DNA from: Planctomycetota bacterium
GTDB lineage: Bacteria; Planctomycetota; SZUA-567; H5-PLA8
Reading direction: 5' to 3'
NCBI GenBank assembly: GCA_038227875.1
Contig: JBBRPR010000004.1
Span: 32,001-96,000 of the forward strand
Length of the DNA: 64,000 nucleotides
Positions 29,021-39,136 of this stretch are shown in pieces. Within the stretch, counting starts at the first letter, position 1. Every line of letters starts with the position of its first letter. A program made the translations under genes and the position numbers. Under the pieces are notes generated by a model that searched no databases, had not been told where the DNA came from, and saw only the letters and a list, made by a program, of their open reading frames with translations.

Positions 29021-29899
29021 TTACTCCCCCTTCAACAGCTTGATGAACTTCTGAATCGTCGGCGTCAGCGATTTGTTGCGGCGGTGGATGATGCCGACGG
29101 GGCGGACGAAATCGGCGCCGGAGAGCGGGATGGCGCACAGCCGCTTGGCTTCGACTTCGCGCCGCAGCGTCGGTTCGGGGAGAATCGAGACGCCGGCGTT
29201 GACTTCGATCGCCTGTTTCATCGTTTCGATGTTATCGAATTCCATCACGGTGTTGACGTGTGAATGCTGCTGCTTCAAGCCGCGGTCGATGGCTTTGCGG
29301 ATGGGCAAGTCTTCGTCGAAGCCGATGAAATTTTCGCCTTCGAATTCCTTCGCCAGCACCGAAGACCGCCCCGCCAGCCGGTGCGACGGATTGCAGACGA
29401 AGACCATCTTTTCAAAACGCCACGGCAGCACCGTCACAGCGCGGTCAGCGCGCGGGTAGCTCATGATCCCGAGGTCCGCGTCTTCGTGGACGATGGCGTC
29501 GTAGACCTTGTTTGGGCGCAGGTATTCCAGGCGCACTTTGGCCTGCGGATTCATCGACATGAATTTCTGCGTGTAGCGGTTGAGATCGTAGAGTCCCACG
29601 GAGTAGATCGCCGCGACGCGCACCGTGCCGCCGATATCGTTGCTCGAACCTTTCAGCTGGGATTCGAGCTTGGTGTATTCCGAGAGCAATGCGCGCACGC
29701 CCGAATAATATTTCTGGCCTTCGGGGCTGAGCGCAAACGGGCGCTTGCTGCGGTCGATCAGCAGCACGCCCAGATCGTGTTCGAGCTGGGCGATGGCCTG
29801 GCTGGCCGCCGACTGCGTGACCTGGTTGGCCTTCGCGCCCTTCGAGAAACTCTGCAGGCGCACGATATCGCAGTAAAGTTTGAGCGTCTCGAGATTCAT
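29021..29899 (-). CDS. LysR-family transcriptional regulator
   Basis: SFSKGA....VTQSAASQAI.QLE..LGV.LIDRS. Confidence 0.92.
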   Translation of the reverse strand: MNLETLKLYCDIVRLQSFSKGAKANQVTQSAASQAIAQLEHDLGVLLIDRSKRPFALSPEGQKYYSGVRALLSEYTKLESQLKGSSNDIGGTVRVAAIYSVGLYDLNRYTQKFMSMNPQAKVRLEYLRPNKVYDAIVHEDADLGIMSYPRADRAVTVLPWRFEKMVFVCNPSHRLAGRSSVLAKEFEGENFIGFDEDLPIRKAIDRGLKQQHSHVNTVMEFDNIETMKQAIEVNAGVSILPEPTLRREVEAKRLCAIPLSGADFVRPVGIIHRRNKSLTPTIQKFIKLLKGE

Positions 29900-29953
29900 G
29901 CTGGGAGAGTTTCGGCACGGGCAAATCGTTTGGCAAGCGGGAAAACGTTCAAT

Positions 29954-29986
29954 AAAAAACCCGGCCTCATTGCTGAGGCCGGGTTT
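29954..29986 (-). terminator. Intrinsic terminator after lipoprotein gene
   Basis: Minus strand AAACCCGGCCTCA-GCAA-TGAGGCCGGGTTTTTT. Confidence 0.85.
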
Positions 29987-30008
29987 GAATGCTGAACCTG
30001 CGGGAAGC

Positions 30009-30545
30009 TTACTTCGATTCCGGCGCCGGCGGAGCGTTGGGTTCAACGCGCTTGGGCTGGTAGGCGTAGGGGTAAAGTTCGCGGAGCTGGTTGTCCATGA
30101 ACTTCTTCAGCTCATCGTTGTTCTTGACCATGTCGTCGCGGATCTTCTGGAGGTCGCCGGCGAACGTCTTGCGGGCGTTTTCCAGTTCCTTGTCGAAGTC
30201 GCCGCGGGACGATTCGGTGATGCTCTGCGCCAGCTTGCGGGTTTCGTCCGCGTCCTTGGCGACACGCTGCAGCAGGTCGTTGATCGCGGCCGTTTCCTTG
30301 TCGGAGGCTTTGTCGATGCGTTCGTTCATCGACTTGCCCAGATCGTCCTGGACCGCCTTGAGTTTCCGTTCGAGGTCGTCGTGCTTCGACGTCAGCGCCG
30401 ACAGCTGCGACTTCAATTCGCTGATGTCCTTGCCGGTCGATTGCACCATCTGCCGCGCTTCCGGATCGTCGCAGCCGCTGAGCAGCACCACGCTGGAGAA
30501 CAGCAGCACGGGAACGAGCTTGTGAGTCCAGTTGCGGGACATCAT
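30009..30545 (-). CDS. Coiled-coil lipoprotein, unknown function
   Basis: Lipobox LLSGC and a heptad-rich helical body. Confidence 0.75.
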   Translation of the reverse strand: MMSRNWTHKLVPVLLFSSVVLLSGCDDPEARQMVQSTGKDISELKSQLSALTSKHDDLERKLKAVQDDLGKSMNERIDKASDKETAAINDLLQRVAKDADETRKLAQSITESSRGDFDKELENARKTFAGDLQKIRDDMVKNNDELKKFMDNQLRELYPYAYQPKRVEPNAPPAPESK

Positions 30546-30739
30546 AATTCAAATCTCCAAGCGCTTGAGGCGCATCGGTTGCATGCAAAACGTAATGGGA
30601 AAGCGAATTGTCAGGGTTTCTACGGAGCCTGTCAAGCGCCAGTGATGGTCGCCCTAAAATTGCACGATGCGAATGAACTGTGCTGCCTACCCTGGCGCAA
30701 ATTTGCGCCAGGGTTCCTCCGATCTCAGGATTCGAATTC

Positions 30740-31630
30740 ATGAAGAAGACCACGGCGGTATCTCATAAAGTCCGCGTCGGGCTGATCCAGATGTCCTGCT
30801 CCACGCAGCCCAAAGAGAATCTCGCCAAGGCGCTCAGCCGCATCAAGCAAGCCGCTAAAGAAGGGGCGCAGGTTGTTTGCATGCAGGAGCTCTTCCGCTC
30901 GCAGTACTTCTGTCAGAGCGAAGACGACGCGCAGTTCGCTCTGGCCGAATCGATTCCCGGACCGACGACGCAGGCGCTTTCGCGCGCTGCTGCGGCGGCG
31001 AAAATCGCGCTGATTGGCTCGGTCTTCGAACGCCGCGCGGAGGGGCTTTACCACAACACGGCCGTGATCTTCAACGAGAAGGGCAAGCTGATCGGCACGT
31101 ACCGCAAGATGCACATCCCGGACGATCCGTGCTACTACGAGAAATTCTATTTCACGCCCGGCGATGCGACGCCGGGATTTCAGTCCTTCAAAACCGAACG
31201 CGCGCGCATCGGCACGCTGGTCTGCTGGGATCAGTGGTATCCAGAGGCCGCGCGGCTGACGGCGCTGGCCGGCGCGCAGCTGATTTTCTATCCGACCGCG
31301 ATCGGCTGGCACATCAAGGACGAGCCCGAGGTCAAGCGCGGCCAGGCCGACGCGTGGGAGCTGATCCAGCGATCGCACGCCGTCGCCAACGGCTGCTTTG
31401 TCTGTTCCGTCAACCGTGTGGGCCGCGAGCAGAACCTGCAGTTCTGGGGCGGTTCGTTCATCGCCGACCCGTTCGGAAAAATCATCGCCAAGGCCGGCCA
31501 CGACACGGAAGAAATCCTGCACGCCGAATGCGATCTGGAACAGATCGACTGGACGCGCCGCCACTGGCCCTTCTTCCGCGACCGGAGAGTCGATGCGTAC
31601 GGCGGCGTGACTAAGCGCTGGGGGGAGTGA
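30740..31630 (+). CDS. Carbon-nitrogen hydrolase (N-carbamoylputrescine amidase/AguB-like)
   Basis: QELF, YRKMHIPDDP.YYEKFYF and CWDQWYPE (Glu-Lys-Cys triad). Confidence 0.9.
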   Translation: MKKTTAVSHKVRVGLIQMSCSTQPKENLAKALSRIKQAAKEGAQVVCMQELFRSQYFCQSEDDAQFALAESIPGPTTQALSRAAAAAKIALIGSVFERRAEGLYHNTAVIFNEKGKLIGTYRKMHIPDDPCYYEKFYFTPGDATPGFQSFKTERARIGTLVCWDQWYPEAARLTALAGAQLIFYPTAIGWHIKDEPEVKRGQADAWELIQRSHAVANGCFVCSVNRVGREQNLQFWGGSFIADPFGKIIAKAGHDTEEILHAECDLEQIDWTRRHWPFFRDRRVDAYGGVTKRWGE

Positions 31631-31644
31631 CGCGTGACGAGGGG

Positions 31645-31717
31645 CGGGATTCGGGAATCGGGATTCGGGAATCGCGCAAGCGGATGGTCGGCGAATCCCG
31701 ATTCCCGAATCCCGATT
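31645..31717. repeat. Inverted heptamer arrays (CGGGAWT)4 / (AWTCCCG)3
   Basis: Arrays at 31645-31672 and 31694-31717, between convergent genes. Confidence 0.85.
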
Positions 31718-31733
31718 TTCGCCGTTAGTAGCA

Positions 31734-32129
31734 CTACTTCTTCGTCGCCACTTCCTTATACCGCTTGCCGTCCGACTTCATGTACGCCCACGTCCCAACC
31801 AACTTGCCCTCTTCGATAATAAAGCTCGAGACGCCGTATTCTTCGCCTTGATGCCAGATGGCGGAGAGCACGCCCTTGGTGACCAGGCCCGTGCCGAAGA
31901 ACTTTCCATTGCCGGTGGTCCAGACGAGTTGATAGACCTCGCCTTTGCGCGTGATCGATAGCGAGCCGGTGTATTCGCCGGAGCCATCCGTGGTCGAACC
32001 GATGATCGTGTAGTCTCCGGTGACCTCCAACGCGCGTGCGTCGCAGGACATGAATTGGGCGCTGAAAGTCAGGGCGAAAGCCAGAAACAGAAAACGCAAA
32101 ATCGTGATCCTCCTAAGAGACGATGCCAC
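31734..32129 (-). CDS. Small exported beta-rich hypothetical protein
   Basis: Signal peptide, then G.Y...G...DG...Y.G.L.I...G.VY.L.W. Confidence 0.7.
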   Translation of the reverse strand: MASSLRRITILRFLFLAFALTFSAQFMSCDARALEVTGDYTIIGSTTDGSGEYTGSLSITRKGEVYQLVWTTGNGKFFGTGLVTKGVLSAIWHQGEEYGVSSFIIEEGKLVGTWAYMKSDGKRYKEVATKK

Positions 32130-32225
32130 GGCGGCTGCTACTGAGTTCAGGCGAAGACGGAGTTTACCACACCGCGCGACTTCAGCACAGCCGCCGGTTG
32201 ATAAATTCCGCGGCCAGAGCCAGGT

Positions 32226-33713
32226 TCACAAGGAGGTCAGAACTTTCCGGACTTCGACGGCGTTGGCGACTGTCGACGGCACGCAAATCGGCGTGCCCGT
32301 GACGACCGCGACATCTTCTCCGGCGATGGCCAGTCCGAGCTTCTGCGCTTCGCGGAATGTGGCCGCCAGAAATTCTTCCTTGGAAATGCCCGCTTCCTTC
32401 ACGCACAGCGCCGGCACGACGCCCCAGAACAGGCTCATGCGCCGGAAGGCTATCTCGTTGTTGGTCGCGCCGAGGATCATCGCCCGCGTGCGGCTCTTGG
32501 AAAGAAACAACGCCGTCTCGCCGGTCGACGAGCTGGTGATCAGCAGGCGCAGATCCAGGTCTTCGACGATGCGGAACGCCGCGCGGCCGATCACATCCAG
32601 CAGGCGGTTGTGCGAATTGGCGGGCTTCGGCAGCGTATCGAGATGCGTGAGCAGGAACTGTTCGGCCTGCAGCGCGATCTTGTTCATCATCTGGATCGCT
32701 TCGGCCGGGTAGCGGCCGCTGGCGGTTTCCCCGGAGAGCATCACCGCGTCGGTGCCGTCCAGAATCGCGTTGGCGATGTCGGAGACTTCCGCGCGGTTGG
32801 GCGTCAGATTGCTCATCATGCTTTCCAGCATCTGCGTGGCCACGATCACGGGGCGGTCGAGCGTGTTGCAGATGCTGATGATTTTCTTCTGCAGCATCGG
32901 AATTTCTTCCGGCGGCATTTCCACGCCCAGGTCGCCGCGCGCGACCATGATGCCGTCGGACGCTTCGATGATCTCTTCGATTTTCGCGACCGCTTCCGGC
33001 TTCTCGATCTTCGCGATCACGCGCACTTCCGAACCAACCTTCTGGATGAGCTGCTTGACGCGCAGAATGTCCGCCGGGTCGCGCACGAACGAGAGCGCCA
33101 CGTAGTCCACCTGGGCGTCGAGCCCCGCGCGCAGATCGGCCATGTCTTTTTCCGTCACCGACGGCGTCGAGAGCGTCAGGCCCGGAAGATTCATGCCCTT
33201 CTTCGATTTCAACACGCCGCCGCGCAGCACCGTGCAGTGGACGTCCCAGCCTTTGACCGAATCCACGCGCAATTCCATCTTGCCGTCGTCGAGCAGGATG
33301 TGCGCGCCGGGAGAGACGTCGCCGGGCAGCGCGGAGTAGATCGTCGAAAAGCGTTCGGCCGTGCCTTCGATATCGTCGGTGGTGACGATGGTTTTCTGGC
33401 CTTCAACCAGCAGCGCCTCATCGCCTTTCATCGTTCGCGTGCGGATTTTCGGCCCGCAGAGGTCCTGCAGAATCGCGACGGGTTTGCCCAGCTCCTTGCT
33501 GACGGCCCGGATTCGTTCGATCGTGGCGACGTTCACTTTTACATCGCCGTGCGAGAAGTTGACGCGGGCGACGTCCATCCCTGCGAGCATCAACGTGCGC
33601 AGCATTTCCTTGCTTTCGCAGGCGGGACCAATCGTGGCCACGATCTTGGTGCGGCGGCGCGGTTCAATTTTTCGCGTTGCTTCCATGATTCTCGATTTAC
33701 CGGCGCTGGCCAC
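32226..33713 (-). CDS. pyk: Pyruvate kinase
   Basis: TKIVATIGPA, RVNFSHG, IAKIEK, MVARGDLG, ATQMLESM and MLSGETA. Confidence 0.97.
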   Translation of the reverse strand: MASAGKSRIMEATRKIEPRRRTKIVATIGPACESKEMLRTLMLAGMDVARVNFSHGDVKVNVATIERIRAVSKELGKPVAILQDLCGPKIRTRTMKGDEALLVEGQKTIVTTDDIEGTAERFSTIYSALPGDVSPGAHILLDDGKMELRVDSVKGWDVHCTVLRGGVLKSKKGMNLPGLTLSTPSVTEKDMADLRAGLDAQVDYVALSFVRDPADILRVKQLIQKVGSEVRVIAKIEKPEAVAKIEEIIEASDGIMVARGDLGVEMPPEEIPMLQKKIISICNTLDRPVIVATQMLESMMSNLTPNRAEVSDIANAILDGTDAVMLSGETASGRYPAEAIQMMNKIALQAEQFLLTHLDTLPKPANSHNRLLDVIGRAAFRIVEDLDLRLLITSSSTGETALFLSKSRTRAMILGATNNEIAFRRMSLFWGVVPALCVKEAGISKEEFLAATFREAQKLGLAIAGEDVAVVTGTPICVPSTVANAVEVRKVLTSL

Positions 33714-33859
33714 GGATGATCCCCCTTTTTCAGAACATTTGGTTTACTTTTGACTCAGTGTAGCGCACGAGCCTCAAAATCCACGCGCCATTGCCATTTT
33801 TGGCACTACAGTGTGGGTACAGAAAGCGTCAGTACCATTAAGGTGGAACAGGTCTCCCG

Positions 33860-33888
33860 TTGACTATCCGCGCAAAAACCAGAATAAT
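33860..33888 (+). promoter_or_regulatory. Candidate sigma70 promoter of the kinase gene
   Basis: TTGACT-N17-AATAAT. Confidence 0.5.
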
Positions 33889-33915
33889 ACGTACTTGAAA
33901 AAACCGGAGTGACCC

Positions 33916-36537
33916 GTGGCTAAGATCGTCATCAAAGCCGGCCGAAACACAGGCGCCGAGTTCAAGCTCGCGGGCGATCACCTCGTCATTGGCCGCCGTT
34001 CGGCCTGTCCGATTCCCATCGCTGACGCGAAAGCTTCTCGCGAACACGCGGCCATTAACATCCGCAACAGCATCTATTTCGTCCAGGATCTCTCCCGCAA
34101 CGGCACGCTGCTTAACGGCAAACCCGCCGACAAGGCCGACCCCGGCACGTTGATGAAATACGGCGACCAGATCCGCATTGGCGACACCATTTTGGAGCTC
34201 GTCGACCAGGCCTCCGAGGTGATCGACATTGGCATTCCCGGCTACACGGTTCTCGAGAAAATCGGAACCGGCGGCATGGGCATCGTTTACAAAGCGCGCC
34301 AGCTATCCATGGACCGCGTCGTCGCGCTCAAGGTGCTCAACGAACGCTATTCGTCCAACGCGGAGTTCCAGGACCGCTTCATTCGCGAAGCACGGGCCGC
34401 GGGCCGCTTGAACCATCCGAACGTGATTCACGTCCACGACATCTCGCGCGCCAACGGGCGACACTACTTTTCCATGGAGTTCATCGACGGGTCGTCGGTG
34501 AAAGATGTTCTGCGCATCGAGCGCAAGCTCGATGTGAACAAAGCGCTCGATATTGTACTCCAGGCCGCCAAAGCGCTCGAATTTGCACACGAGAACCGCA
34601 TCGTCCACCGCGATATCAAGCCTGACAATATCATGCTGACCCGTGAAGGCATCGTGAAGATCGCCGATCTGGGCATCGCGAAAACGTTCGAAGAGGCCGC
34701 GCCTTCGGCCAAGGAACACCGCCGCATCATGGGCACGCCCCATTATATGGCGCCCGAACAGGCGCTGGGCAAGGCCATCGACCACCGCGTCGACATCTAT
34801 TCGCTGGGCGCGACGTTCTACCACATGGTCACCGGCAGCACGCCTTTTACCGGCAGCACCGCGCATGAAGTGCTGAAGGCCCACATTCAAGAATCGCTGC
34901 CGCCGATCCAGGATCTCAATTCGAACGTGCCCGATCCGGTCTGCTTCATCATCGAACGCATGATGGCCAAGCTTCCGGAAAAGCGCTACCCGGACATGTC
35001 GAAGGTGATCGAAGACATCGAGCGCGTGCAGCGCGGCGTGGTTGCGGGCATTCATCGCATCGAAGCCGGCGACTCGACGATCATGCGCGCGATCAAGGCC
35101 AAGTCTTCGGCCAAGCGCGCGAAGTCTCCGGAAGAAGAGGAAGACAACGCCGCGACTGGTGCGCAGACGCCGATTACGTCGGGAAAGCTGGCGCTGATTG
35201 TGTCGCTGGTTTTCGCTGTAGGCGTGGCCCTGGTCATGGTTGTGGCGCACAACCGGGACAACGCCGCCGTTGAAAACACCGCGACGAAAACCGGGACGTC
35301 CGTGGCCGTGACGACCAACACGTCCACCGGCACCGACACGCAGCCCAAGGGCCCGCGCAGCGATCCGGCCGCCAAGAAGCTGCTCGACGAAGCCACGGCC
35401 GCCGAGGCCGCGAACAATCGCGCCGACGCCAAGACCAAGCTCAACACCATCCGCACGCAGTACGGAGCAAGCATCGAAGCGATCGAGGCGGAGAAGCGAC
35501 TCAAGGCGATCGCTGAAACGGAACTGAAGGAACTGAAAGCCAGCGTCGAAGCCCAGGCGGCGAAGGCGAAGGAATTCGACGACGCCAATCCGGGTAAGTA
35601 CGCGGAAGTTCTCGCCAAGTACGACGAAGCAGCCAAGCAGGCGGCCGTGGCCAATATGCAGGAACTTCACACCACGATTTCAACCCGCATCGAAGCCCTG
35701 CGCAAGCAGATGAACGACGAGCAGGCCAAGCAACTGGAAGGCGAATACAAGACCGCGCTCGACGCCACCAACGACGCCAAGGGCAAGCAGGACTTCGATA
35801 CCGCGCGCAAATCCCTGCAGGACTTCATCGCCTCGCACCAGGCCGCGAAGCAGAAGGACGATGCGCAGAAGGCGCTCGACCAGGTCAACGCCGACGCCAA
35901 GGCGCGCTTTGCCGATGTCCAGAAAAAAGCCGAAGGCTCTGAAATCCCCGACGCGCTGCGCACCTGGGACGACTACGCCAAGGAAGTCAAAGACGCAGTC
36001 AACGCGCCGGAAGTCGAAAAGGCGCGCGCGGCTTTGAAGCAGAAAGCCGACGACCTGACCAAGGCCAAGACCGACGAGGCCTCCAAGAAGGCGCACGATT
36101 ACCGCTACGACGAAGCCATTCAGCTCATGGACGCGCTGGAGCAGAAAGTCAAGACGACGGAATTCGAAGTCGCCGCAAAAGCGCGCCGCGAATCGTTCAC
36201 CGCGCAGAAGGCGCTCCACGAAAAAGCGTTGAAGTCCGCGCTCGATAAGATCAAGACCGACGGCCCGCAGTTGCTCGACTTTTACGAAGACCCGAAGTTG
36301 AAGGAAATGAAGTGGGCGCTGACCGGCATCACCGGCGAAATGCTGCAGCTGGATTCGACCTCAAAGGAAAAGGCCGGCACCTCCAAGAAGCTGCCGCTGA
36401 TGACGCCGACCGCGCAGTACCTGTTCCACAAGCTCTTCCAGCCCGATGATCACCGGGGCCTGCTGGAACTGTGCAAAGAGCTGAATCTCGCCAAGGAAGC
36501 CGAAGCCGAACAGCTGCTCGCCGCCAAGCCGAAGTAA
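33916..36537 (+). CDS. FHA-domain Ser/Thr protein kinase with TM and extracytoplasmic helical domain
   Basis: FHA (IGR, SREHA, SRNGT), kinase (GTGGMG, VALK, HRDIKPDN, DLG, YMAPE) and one TM helix. Confidence 0.93.
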   Translation: MAKIVIKAGRNTGAEFKLAGDHLVIGRRSACPIPIADAKASREHAAINIRNSIYFVQDLSRNGTLLNGKPADKADPGTLMKYGDQIRIGDTILELVDQASEVIDIGIPGYTVLEKIGTGGMGIVYKARQLSMDRVVALKVLNERYSSNAEFQDRFIREARAAGRLNHPNVIHVHDISRANGRHYFSMEFIDGSSVKDVLRIERKLDVNKALDIVLQAAKALEFAHENRIVHRDIKPDNIMLTREGIVKIADLGIAKTFEEAAPSAKEHRRIMGTPHYMAPEQALGKAIDHRVDIYSLGATFYHMVTGSTPFTGSTAHEVLKAHIQESLPPIQDLNSNVPDPVCFIIERMMAKLPEKRYPDMSKVIEDIERVQRGVVAGIHRIEAGDSTIMRAIKAKSSAKRAKSPEEEEDNAATGAQTPITSGKLALIVSLVFAVGVALVMVVAHNRDNAAVENTATKTGTSVAVTTNTSTGTDTQPKGPRSDPAAKKLLDEATAAEAANNRADAKTKLNTIRTQYGASIEAIEAEKRLKAIAETELKELKASVEAQAAKAKEFDDANPGKYAEVLAKYDEAAKQAAVANMQELHTTISTRIEALRKQMNDEQAKQLEGEYKTALDATNDAKGKQDFDTARKSLQDFIASHQAAKQKDDAQKALDQVNADAKARFADVQKKAEGSEIPDALRTWDDYAKEVKDAVNAPEVEKARAALKQKADDLTKAKTDEASKKAHDYRYDEAIQLMDALEQKVKTTEFEVAAKARRESFTAQKALHEKALKSALDKIKTDGPQLLDFYEDPKLKEMKWALTGITGEMLQLDSTSKEKAGTSKKLPLMTPTAQYLFHKLFQPDDHRGLLELCKELNLAKEAEAEQLLAAKPK

Positions 36538-36596
36538 GGCTCCCCGCGCATTTCACATTTCATTGCTGAATCGGACGTTCGCCGCCGGCTATGTCA

Positions 36597-37460
36597 GTCC
36601 GGCTAAAAGTTGTCGGTTGTCGGCATGGGGCTTTCGTCGTCAATTCTGTCGTATGTGAATACTGCGTGTTCCGATTTCGTCTGTATCTGTCCGGCTAAAA
36701 GTGGTCGATACAGCGCTGCCGCTTGCAGAGCTCCGCTTCACCGCCCCATTGCCTTTGAACTGAAAAGCGATACCCTGTTTGTGCTGTGCCTGGAGAATCC
36801 GCCGATGCGCAAATCGTTCCTGGCCGTGACCGTATTCGGATGTCTGCTTTTCGCGGGTGCGTGCGCTGCCGCGGATGCTCCTGCCGCTGGCACCGTCAAG
36901 ATGACGGGCACGTTTGTCTGGGACCATCAGCCTGCTCAGAACCATCCGCTCACCGCCATCTTCACACCCAACGGCGATAAAAAGTGGACGGCGGTCTTCA
37001 CCTTCGATTGGGGTCCCAAGGGCGCGCAGAGCTGGAAGGGCACCGCCGAAGGCGATCTGAAAACGGGCGAAGTCAAAGGCGAAGGCTTCCACCCCGACGG
37101 CCGCCGCAAATTCACCTACAGCGGAAAATTCAAAGACGGCAAGCTGGTCTGCTCCCACAACGAGACGACCAGCGGAGCTCCCGCGGCGACGGGCACGATG
37201 ACGCTGTCGCAGTGAGGCAACCCGCCGCAATCAGCGATTATTTGACTGATTGACTTTTTTCCGCCGAACACGGCTGTCCGGCGAAAAGTAGTCGGTCGTC
37301 GGTCGGGGGCTCTCTGCGGTAATCAGCCCACCCGTTCTCCGACGCGTTTCGGATCCGTCCGCATCCGTCCGGCTAAAAGTTGTCGGTACATCGCTGTCGC
37401 CGATGTATGGAAACCCAGCACCGAATTCGCGCCCCGTTCACCGACGACTTTTCGCTGGAC
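36597..37460. repeat. Two diverged ~125-bp direct repeats built from GTCCGGCTAAAAGTNGTCG units, flanking one gene
   Basis: Units start at 36597, 36689, 37276 and 37367, with an inverted unit at 37441-37460. Confidence 0.8.
36805..37215 (+). CDS. Small secreted beta-rich hypothetical protein
   Basis: GGAG RBS and signal peptide MRKSFLAV..ACAAA. Confidence 0.75.
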   Translation: MRKSFLAVTVFGCLLFAGACAAADAPAAGTVKMTGTFVWDHQPAQNHPLTAIFTPNGDKKWTAVFTFDWGPKGAQSWKGTAEGDLKTGEVKGEGFHPDGRRKFTYSGKFKDGKLVCSHNETTSGAPAATGTMTLSQ

Positions 37461-37486
37461 AGAGAACTGCAATCGCGGCAAACCGC

Positions 37487-38212
37487 TCAGGCCCCAAGCG
37501 CCAGGCGGTCGGCGATTTTCTCAGGCAACCCTGCCGCCTTGAATTCCGCCACTGCGCGTTGGACGTCGTAGCTGACGCGGCGCAATTCGACCTGGCTGGC
37601 GGCTGAATCGAGAATGGCGTAGCACGCGCGCGGATCCTTGTCGCGCGGCTGGCCGACAGAGCCGACGTTCATGATCGCGCGAAGATTTTTCTCCAGCTTC
37701 CAGATCGGTTCGGTGCTGTACGAAATGGGATCGGTTTTGAAATACGCCATGGGCACGTGGGTGTGACCATGGAAGACCCAATTGTGCGTCGCTGCCCCAA
37801 ACGCTTCCTCCGCCGCTTCCACGGTCAGGAGATAACGTTGATTGGAATTGGGTCCCACCGGCGAACCGTGGACCAGCTGAAACTCGTCGGTCGCCAGCGC
37901 CAGTGGAAGTGAGCGCATCCATTCGCGGTCGGACTTGGTCATCGCGCCCATCGAATAATAAAGGCACATCTTTGCAATTGGCGTGAACTGCTCGCCCAGA
38001 GTCGGGTCCAGCAGCGCCCCCTCGTGGTTGCCCAGCAGAGACGGCCAATTCCGCTCGCGCACAAATTGGATGCATTCGTGCGGCTGCGCACCGTAGCCGA
38101 CCACGTCGCCCAGGCAGTAGACGCGGTCGATGCGTTGCGATTCCATGTCACGCGCGACCGCTTCCAGCGCCAGTAAATTGCCGTGAATGCAGCAGACAAA
38201 TCCGGTTCTCAT
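37487..38212 (-). CDS. Metallophosphoesterase (calcineurin-like)
   Basis: CIHGN, LGDVVGYG, LGNHE, VHGSP, GHTH and NVGSVGQPRD. Confidence 0.9.
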   Translation of the reverse strand: MRTGFVCCIHGNLLALEAVARDMESQRIDRVYCLGDVVGYGAQPHECIQFVRERNWPSLLGNHEGALLDPTLGEQFTPIAKMCLYYSMGAMTKSDREWMRSLPLALATDEFQLVHGSPVGPNSNQRYLLTVEAAEEAFGAATHNWVFHGHTHVPMAYFKTDPISYSTEPIWKLEKNLRAIMNVGSVGQPRDKDPRACYAILDSAASQVELRRVSYDVQRAVAEFKAAGLPEKIADRLALGA

Positions 38213-38883
38213 GATTCCATTTCCTTCTTCAATACGATCGGTTTCAGCAGGCGCTGCACCGCGGCCACAAACCGCCGGCGCTCTGCTGTGTCCATGTCTT
38301 CTGTACCCGTGGCAGTCCCCGCCCCGGCTCCAGCCGCATGAGCGCTGGCCGCGACAGCGGCACGCGCTTCAAACAGCCGGCGCTTGACCGTGCCCACGGG
38401 CACTTCCAGAAATCCCGCGATCATCTCGTGCGAGAGTCCGCGCAGGTAAAACAGGGCGAGCACCACTTTCTTGCCTTCACTCAGTTCATCGAGTGTGCGT
38501 TCCAGTTGCTGCAGCCACGGATCGTCGCCTGGGTCCGCGTCTTCAAACAGCGGATCGTACATCGCCGTGGGGGCCGTTTCGGCCAGCGTCTTCTTCACGC
38601 GGCGTGCCGCCTGTTGAGCGCGCACCCAGCCGCGGCATTCGCGCCACGCGATCGACTTGAGCCACCCCGCGAAACGCGCGGGATCGCGCAGCGTATGCAA
38701 CTCTTGAAACGCGCGGAGAAAAACCTCCTGCGCCACGTCTTCCGCTTCCGGAATATGTTCGAGCAACTGGTCCGTGTACGCCGAAACCAGCCGCTCATAA
38801 CGCCCGATCAGCGCTTCAATCGCCTCCGCGTCACCGCGCTGAGCGCGTTTGACGCAATCGATTTCCGCGGTGTCGGCGTTCAC
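38209..38883 (-). CDS. ECF sigma-70 factor, translationally coupled to the phosphoesterase
   Basis: AEDVAQEVF...F.GWL..IA and VPVGTVKRRLF. GTG follows GGAG; ATGA overlap with the next gene. Confidence 0.88.
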   Translation of the reverse strand: MNADTAEIDCVKRAQRGDAEAIEALIGRYERLVSAYTDQLLEHIPEAEDVAQEVFLRAFQELHTLRDPARFAGWLKSIAWRECRGWVRAQQAARRVKKTLAETAPTAMYDPLFEDADPGDDPWLQQLERTLDELSEGKKVVLALFYLRGLSHEMIAGFLEVPVGTVKRRLFEARAAVAASAHAAGAGAGTATGTEDMDTAERRRFVAAVQRLLKPIVLKKEMES

Positions 38884-39136
38884 GGTAATCTCCAGACAAC
38901 AGTTCCACACGCAGGCGCCACCGCGCCGTCGTTCTGCTCAGTCTAGCAGTTCAATGGTAAGAAACGGAATGTTCGTTCCAAACTCAAGGAAGCATGCCGG
39001 CCTCAAAGGTTCGGTACAATTTGAAGTATTTTTTCCAGCGCAGTGAACTATTGACTTCCTGGCATCTTCTGCCGAACGCGCGCCTATCCCCGTGTTTTCA
39101 ATACCGCTACTTTGAACGCGCCTATACACTTCCGCC

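Noticed and set aside
36597..37460. CRISPR array or integron attC cassette
   Set aside because: Units are ~20 bp and degenerate, with 70+ bp partly conserved spacers. There are no cas or integrase genes and no clear RYYYAAC/GTTRRRY ends.
38895..38926. Third copy of the ECF promoter before the 38883 sigma (GTGTGGAACTG)
   Set aside because: Only GGAAC and about half of the upstream box match, which is too weak to call.
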